Shown: in pieces, positions 57,153-64,000 of the stretch
How the letters are laid out: each line of letters starts with the position of its first letter
Position numbering within the stretch: position 1 is the stretch's first letter
Assembly: GCA_052426225.1 (NCBI GenBank)
Contig: JBNJNM010000013.1
Span: forward strand, 310,001-374,000
Length of the DNA: 64,000 nt
Origin: Zancudomyces culisetae HAW-14-8
Taxonomy: Eukaryota; Fungi; Kickxellomycota
Direction: 5' to 3'
The notes under the pieces: model-generated
Seen by the model: the letters and a program-made list of their open reading frames with translations, nothing else
Database searches by the model: none
Told to the model about the DNA's origin: nothing
Translations under genes and position numbers: made by a program

Positions 57153-59111
57153 TTATTCCCATGAATCCCAATCATCAGCAGAGAGATCTTTACTATCGGC
57201 TTGCTTTTTGTGATCATCTTTTTTTGTAGCATCCTTGTTTTGCGATACAGTAGTGTTTTTTGTGTCCACTGGGCTAGTTTCATTGTTGGATGGTGCGCCA
57301 GAATCGCTTTTATTAATCTTTTCAAAATCCTCATCACCCTGTGTCCCACTTTCTGCTAACGTAGCTTTACCTTCGGGAACAGCTTCATCGTCCATTTCCC
57401 AATCAAACTCGTCATCATTTGATTCCTCAATCGCATCTATAATGATATTTCAAAAATTATACAAACAAATATTTTACTATTTATCTTGGTTCCTACTGTA
57501 CGTGCATGTGGTGAGGTAATGCAAGTTACAGGACAATAAACTTTTAAAAAATATTTTAGGACTTACTTGTAACTAAGCTTCTAAGTCGTTCCCGCCTATG
57601 ATCAAATTGCCAAACTCTAAAAAAATATCGCGTCCAAAACACATTTTCTGACAATTTAGTTGGAACAAGCTCCTTGTAATATCTTGCCACAGCCTTGTTA
57701 TTTTCGATTAATGTGTTAATTTTCTCGGTGTAGTCATCATGCTTGTAGGAATCGACAAAAGTCTTAAACAGTTTTGATACATCCTCACTGTATACCTCCA
57801 ATTGATATGGTTTATCTTCATTGGTGTCCGCATTCTTTGAGGATGAATAAGAATCAAGTTCCTTTTTAGAGACGCTTGGATCTGATAAATATGTAATCTC
57901 GTTGTCCTCGATTTGATATAATAAAGCGAGCCTTTCTCTTTCTCTATTGGCACATTTTATAAAAAAAATTTGAGGTGTTTGTATAAACACACATAGAAAT
58001 ATATACATAGGTACATAATAAAGGTTAACCAACACTTACTTTAGACTTTGGTGAGTAAATCCATGAATGTCTGTCAGATCACTCGGTGGAACAATTGAAA
58101 TCGCTTTTTTGGTGAAATCCTCGATATCTTGACCTATCTTCTTTACATAACTAGAAACACCAACCTTGCTCCTTTCTAGAATTTCTTTTGAAAATGTATT
58201 TTCGAATCCTTTAACCATCTTTGAAAACTCGCTTGTCATATCTTTCACAAATGTATTTTCTTGCTCCCCAAGTTCGCCAGCAGCTTTACTTGTTCCTGGA
58301 ACTGAACTGGTGTCACTTTTAGCACTGCCAGAAATTAGATCCATTCCACCAGCAGCCTTAGCTGTAACTACGTCAACAGCCTCAGAAATCTTGTTATCAA
58401 TCCCCACAAAGTCGTCCTTTGTTGCTACTATAGGTATTCCACGTTCGTCGTACTCCACTATTTCTCCTGATTCCCCTTCACCAGCTCCTATTTTTTCTAG
58501 ACTTTCCATTTCTGCTTTTACATTTTCTTTAAGTGTTTCTATTCCAGAATTTATTCCCTCAGCGGCTTTTTTGGCTCCACTCTTGACCAATTTTGTCAAA
58601 CCCTTGACGTCTTGTTTGTAGTTTAGCACCAGCTCTTCAGACTATTTACATTTTTGTATAAAATACGTTTCTTGGTTAATTATCCTTCCTCTCCCAATTT
58701 TCTTACCCATATGGTTCTTAGCATAAAGTGATTTATATGTTGTTGATGCAAACTTACTCCTTTTTTAAAATAATCAACAAATTTGTTAAACTGTTGAGTG
58801 TTTTGGTTATTTTGACCCCAAAACCCGGATATACCAAAAATAGAACCTCCTACGGCAGCGGTGGTTCTTTCCGGAGTGCTCTCATTTTGACCATTATCCA
58901 GACCCACTTGGACATTATATTCATCCTTGATCGTGTCCTTTCCAGGCTGGTCTTTTTCTTCCGATGCATTATTAGTTGTATCCAATTCTTTTGATTCCTG
59001 AGTTTTGGATGCTGCTATGTTTCCAGAGCTTTCAATATCAGCGTCTGCATTTTTCTCTGTTGTTACTTTGTTGTCTTTGGTTTCTACTATCTTTTTTCCT
59101 TTGTCTTCCAT
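57153..59111 (-). CDS. BSD-domain protein (Dos2/BSDC1-like), multi-exon
   Basis: YKELVPTKLSENVFWTRYFFRV BSD motif; acidic tail ending DDWDSWE; GTAAGT introns (e.g. 58757-58642) link ORFs 58680-59111, 58036-58629, 57556-58035 and 57153-57395. Confidence 0.85.
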
Positions 59112-61084
59112 TTTGCCTTTTATCTACATACTATTAAAACACTGTTGTTTGGAGCGAATTTCTTTTGTAGGTTGTTCTAATTATGGGTTTCAAATTAATT
59201 CAATCTCAGAATAGACCAATAAAATAGGACCGAGTTCGTTTTCCTTGGCTGGTTTAATAACTGTTTAATTGGTAGTTGTGAGTATTTTTAAGGAGAAATC
59301 ACCTGAAATTAGCGGCAGAGCAGCCAATGGTTGTACTGAGCCTGCACCTTTTATTCACTTCATTTTCAAATTCTATCTGAGAAAAATTAACCCTGAACGT
59401 AGTGACGGAGTGCACAAAAGTTGAGGTGTGATGGATTTAGACAAGTATTGAATACTTAGGGGGATATTTCGTACATTTCTTCGTTTCATATAAGGTATCA
59501 CGAATAAAAGGAAGCGATAGTTATCAGGTTGTTGTGGTTTGTGCCAGTTGCTAGCTGGTAATAACATTGACTTTTGTCTCTTGAGGTATTATAATAGGTT
59601 GTGTATTTGATACGCACCAATACAAGCCCAACATATATAGCTATTTGACAAAATGAAAATAAATCTGTTATATATACTAGTGCTTGGTGTATTAAAAGGT
59701 GAATATTAGGATAGGAAAATTCAGTATCTGTAACATTTGTGCTTTAAACCATGAATCCGGGGCTTTATCGCTAAATCCATCTTAAGAGAACCCAGCTCGG
59801 TATGAAACTGGTGTTTGTGGTCATATATGATCGCCCTACACTCTATTTCAACAATAAAATGTAGAGACATGTGCCTGCATCGATTTTCATTGTATTTTAA
59901 ACAAGTCCCCTTAATAAGGTATGTTTTAGAGATTGCTCGGAACTTCCTTTTGGCAATTACTTCAAGGGTAAACGTGGAGTATTTACAATAGAAATGAACA
60001 ATATTAAAAATGGCAGCTAATAAAAATGTGAACGCTTAAGAGGTAGTAATAGTTACATGCTTAGTATACTACACACCTTTTGGGCGAAAAAAAAATACGC
60101 ACAATTTCACTGTATATAACAACCACGGACGTGCACAGATGTGATTTTTGGTGTTGGGCATGTGTGTGTTTGATGAAAAATTAAAGCGAAAAACAGGAAA
60201 CATCGCAACAACTGTATAGTGGTAGTATCCTATGGACACAATACATCTGTTTTTGTTTTTGTTTTTTTGCTTTCTGTTTATGACTAAAAAGTGAACTTTT
60301 CTCTGGGCGCTTTAGATAATTTTTTTTTGTAGTAGAGCTAGCCAAAAACGCTTAAAACAATTGATCACAACTTTAATTCACCCCATCTTTAGAGGAAAAG
60401 CCGATGGGATTTAAGCAAATAACATTCTTTTAGATTGTTTTGTTACTATTATTTCAAAATTATTTGGTAATTCAAAACAAAAATATCAAACCAAACCAAA
60501 TCAAATACTCTGATAACATAAAGTGTAAACTAACAAGCAAATTAGACTGCAAGTTAAAGAAAGATCATCTTTAGAAAAAAAATTTTCAGTGCTTTAAGCT
60601 CATTCTTCTAGCAGGTTTTTAGTATAGTTTTGGGCAAAAGCTGAATATAACAACGAGGAAGGGGGTTAACCCAGAAAAAAAAACCAATAATAAAAATGGG
60701 AAGAAAAAGGTAAATCTTAAATTGGATGTTATGAAAAGAAAAACAAGGAGCGGTAAAAGGAATAACCGGAGGTTTGAGAAGAGCCACAATTGTATGGGCA
60801 TAAATATTTCCGCTCATGAAAATTTGTTATTCACATTCCAACCCTTGGTTTTTTTTATGCACCACTCATCAATGGTGCCAACTTTTTTAATCTAAATATA
60901 AGCGGATGTTTTCAACATTCAGCAATTTTTTTAATAAATAAAATAAGTAAAGTACACAACAGAACCAACACTGTTGTTGAAACATTACGAATATATTTAT
61001 TTGAAGATCGGTTTAGGGCTTCCAGTCAACACCAAATATCAAAGACAAAGGTAAACAGTGGTACAAAAGATACTAATAACAAAG

Positions 61085-63020
61085 ATGACGATCGCTCAAA
61101 GACCACAAAACGTTGGAATTATCTCTATGGACGTTTACTTTCCAAGAAAGGTAAGACTTTTTTTATGTTTTTGAGTCCGTTTCGTTTTTTCGAGTGTTTC
61201 TATTTTGCTATATGGTCAATCCTAAAATGAGGGGAGCCTGGTGGGTTTTATGAAAAAATAAAGCCCCGGATTTGTGGAAAATATGACTTTTTATTTGACT
61301 GAGAAAATATCGGGGGAGGATATTTCTCTATAAATACTATAAAATATATACGTGAGGGTATCTGATTAAATGATGAGGTGTGTCAGTAAATATTTGAAAA
61401 AATATAGTACACTTAACCTTAAAGTCTCAACTAGATAAATATTTTTTAATAAAATAAAATAGTACGTCGATCAAGTTGAACTAGGTAAGTAAAGTTTATG
61501 TGGTGGTTTTTATAGACATTGTGTGTTGTTTTCTGTATCTTCTAAGATAGTAATAGTATAATATATATTTTTATCCCATAAACAGAAAAACACGATGGTG
61601 CATCCACAGGAAAATATACAATTGGCTTGGGACAAGAAAAAATGTCCTTTTGTGATGACCGTGAAGGTATTGTATTTTTTTTTAATTTTTGATTTCTTTT
61701 AAGTATATGTATGTAGATTGTTACATACCAACTAACGAGTGTTGGAGATTGTTTTTTTTTTTTGCTATTTATGTCAAAAGATATAATCAGAAAAGTTACA
61801 CATGATCTAAAAAAAAGTAAATAAATGATATAGATATATCATCCATGTGTCTGACTGTTGTTGACAAATTCATGAAAAAAAACAACATGTCATACAAGGA
61901 TATTGGAAGGTTGGAAGTTGGAACAGAAACATTGGTTGACAAATCCAAATCCACAAAGACTGTGCTAATGAAGTTGTTTGAAGAATCAGGAAACTTTTCA
62001 GTTGAAGGCATTGACACAACAAACGCATGTTACGGAGGAACTTCGGCATTGTTCAATGCATGCCAGTGGGTTGATTCATCGGCATGGGATGGTAGACTCG
62101 CTCTAGTTGTCGCTGGTGATATTGCAGTGTATGCATCAGGAAATGCCCGCCCATCTGGAGGAGCTGGAGTAGTTTGTATGTTGGTTGGTCCAAACGCACC
62201 ATTGGCATTCGAATTCCCACTGAGAGGAACATATATGAGCCACGTCTATGATTTTTACAAACCAGACTTATCATCTGAATTCCCAACAGTTGATGGACCT
62301 TTATCCGTTGTTTCTTATATCAAGGCATTTGAAAATGCTTATCTCAGGTATTTAGAAAAGTTGGAGGTTGCTGAAGCAGACAAAAAGGCGTCTGTAGAAA
62401 GTTTTGACTACATTCTATTCCACTCCCCCTATACAAAGCAGGTAGCCAAGGCCTTTGGACGATTGTTATTTGTTGACTTTTTGCGAGACCCAGAGAACCC
62501 ACTCTTTGCATCAGTCAAAGAGCAATTTGCAGGAAGAACTTTGGAGGATACTTACACCGATAAGGTGCTAGAAAAATCGTTCATTACTTTGGGCAAAAAA
62601 TTGTTTGCACTCAAGACTGAACCCTCACTGTACGCCGCCAAGAACATTGGAAATATGTATACAGCCTCTGTGTTCTTTGGTCTAGCTTCATTGCTTACCA
62701 ATGTCAGCTCAGGGACTCTACAAGGTAAAAGAATTGGTATGTTCTCATACGGATCTGGGTGTGCTGCTTCGTTCTACTCGTTTAGAGTAGTTGGTGACAT
62801 TTCCGAAATTGCACAAAAACTCAACCTTGTTTCCTTGATGGAACAAAGAATTGCAGTTTCGCCAAAGGACTTTGAGAGTATTATGGGTGTACGCGAAAAT
62901 ACACACAATTCAGTCGAATATAAACCAGTAGGACCTACCGAGGATTTGTATCCTGGTACTCACTACCTAGAATCGATTGATTCTATGTGGCGCAGATATT
63001 ACTCGGTTACACCTCAATAA
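61085..63020 (+). CDS. ERG13: Hydroxymethylglutaryl-CoA synthase; exons 61085-61150, 61463-61484, 61586-61666, 61834-63020
   Basis: [34 protein letters not shown] active site, GNMYTAS, FSYGSG; GT-AG introns restore one frame. Confidence 0.96.
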
Positions 63021-63224
63021 TACATTTCTCCTTAGCTTTTTTTTTTAATAGCACACTAACGTTTTACCATAATTATAATGTTACCAATGTTTAAATAAAA
63101 AATATATGCAAATCATGGTTTTGTGGCATTGATGAAGATACAAAAAGTAGGGGGAAAGAGAGAAAGGGGAGGGGTGGGGATGGTAGTTAAGATAGATGAT
63201 GTACAAGTAACCAAAAAATAAAAA

Positions 63225-63503
63225 TTAGGTTTTATGTAAAGGTGAGTCAGAATTAACTGTCAGTGTTATTCGTTTTATTGGTTGTGAGATGGTTATGACT
63301 GTGTGCGGTACTAGAACAACGGACAGTCTAGACTCTAAAGCAGTTTGTGGTTCTTTTTCGATTAAATGCTGATGAAAGCGGCGGCGGTGATGATGATGAT
63401 GATGATGATGATGGGAATGGCGGTGGTGGTGGTGATGATGTTTAGGTTCAGATGATGGTAAAAACAAAGTTTGTGTATTGTTAACGGTGATTAAAGATTT
63501 CAT
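63225..63503 (-). CDS. Possible small His-rich protein overlapping a (CAT)n/(CAC)n microsatellite
   Basis: 92-aa ORF with A-rich start context; no recognisable domain. Confidence 0.25.
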   Translation of the reverse strand: MKSLITVNNTQTLFLPSSEPKHHHHHHRHSHHHHHHHHHRRRFHQHLIEKEPQTALESRLSVVLVPHTVITISQPIKRITLTVNSDSPLHKT

Positions 63504-64000
63504 TTTTTTACTTTTTGAGCTTTAAGCTGGCTTATGACCCGTAAAATCTATGGCAAATAAAAACATAATTCAACCATTCGCTGAAATTTAGCAAAAATAC
63601 AAATAAATAAATAAATAAATAAAGGTTAGTAGAAACCACTATTGTAAATAAATATCAAAAAATAAAAACAGTGAAAAAACGATTTACATTTTCAAACAAA
63701 AAAGAAAATAAATAAACTGACCAATGAATACATGAACGAGGTGAAAAGTGTGGAAGGGTGGATAAATGAGGAGAATGGGAGGGGGGGGCAGGTGGAGAGG
63801 AGGAGAGGAGGAGAGTAGTTGATGGAAATGATTTCCAATGTTTATGAAAAAAAAACACGTAAGTACGGTCTTTTTATTATTTGTTTATTTAATTACTGGT
63901 CGATTGGAAATGTGTAGTAGAAAGGGAGATATAAATAAAATTGCATAACAAAACAATTCATGATAAATTCGATTGGCAACGAAAATCATCAAGCCGATTA

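Overview
AT-rich eukaryotic DNA with spliceosomal introns. The gene content looks fungal, possibly an early-diverging fungus (inference). The left 39.2 kb is a transposon cluster: LINE remnants, a DD34E Tc1 element, and a stack of Ty3/Gypsy LTR elements, solo LTRs and a TRIM-like element. Most stack junctions fit serial insertion into one AAACAC target 6-8 nt upstream of a tRNA-His gene (39213-39283). Inside the stack is a four-level nest: Gypsy A > chromovirus B > Gypsy C > chromovirus D. The right 25 kb holds host genes: an ABCD-type ABC transporter, an S8 protease, a hypothetical protein, a BSD-domain protein and HMG-CoA synthase. Most novel signal: chromovirus B carries an antisense ~258-nt Pol III-type gene with a tRNA-like head. 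Its body is a pseudoknotted RNA fold that reappears, with compensatory base changes, in the 3.2-kb hairpin-packed leader of unrelated Gypsy element A. Gypsy C inserted 7 nt upstream of this element-borne gene, the same spacing as element E at the real tRNA-His. All structures were folded by eye and need computational confirmation.
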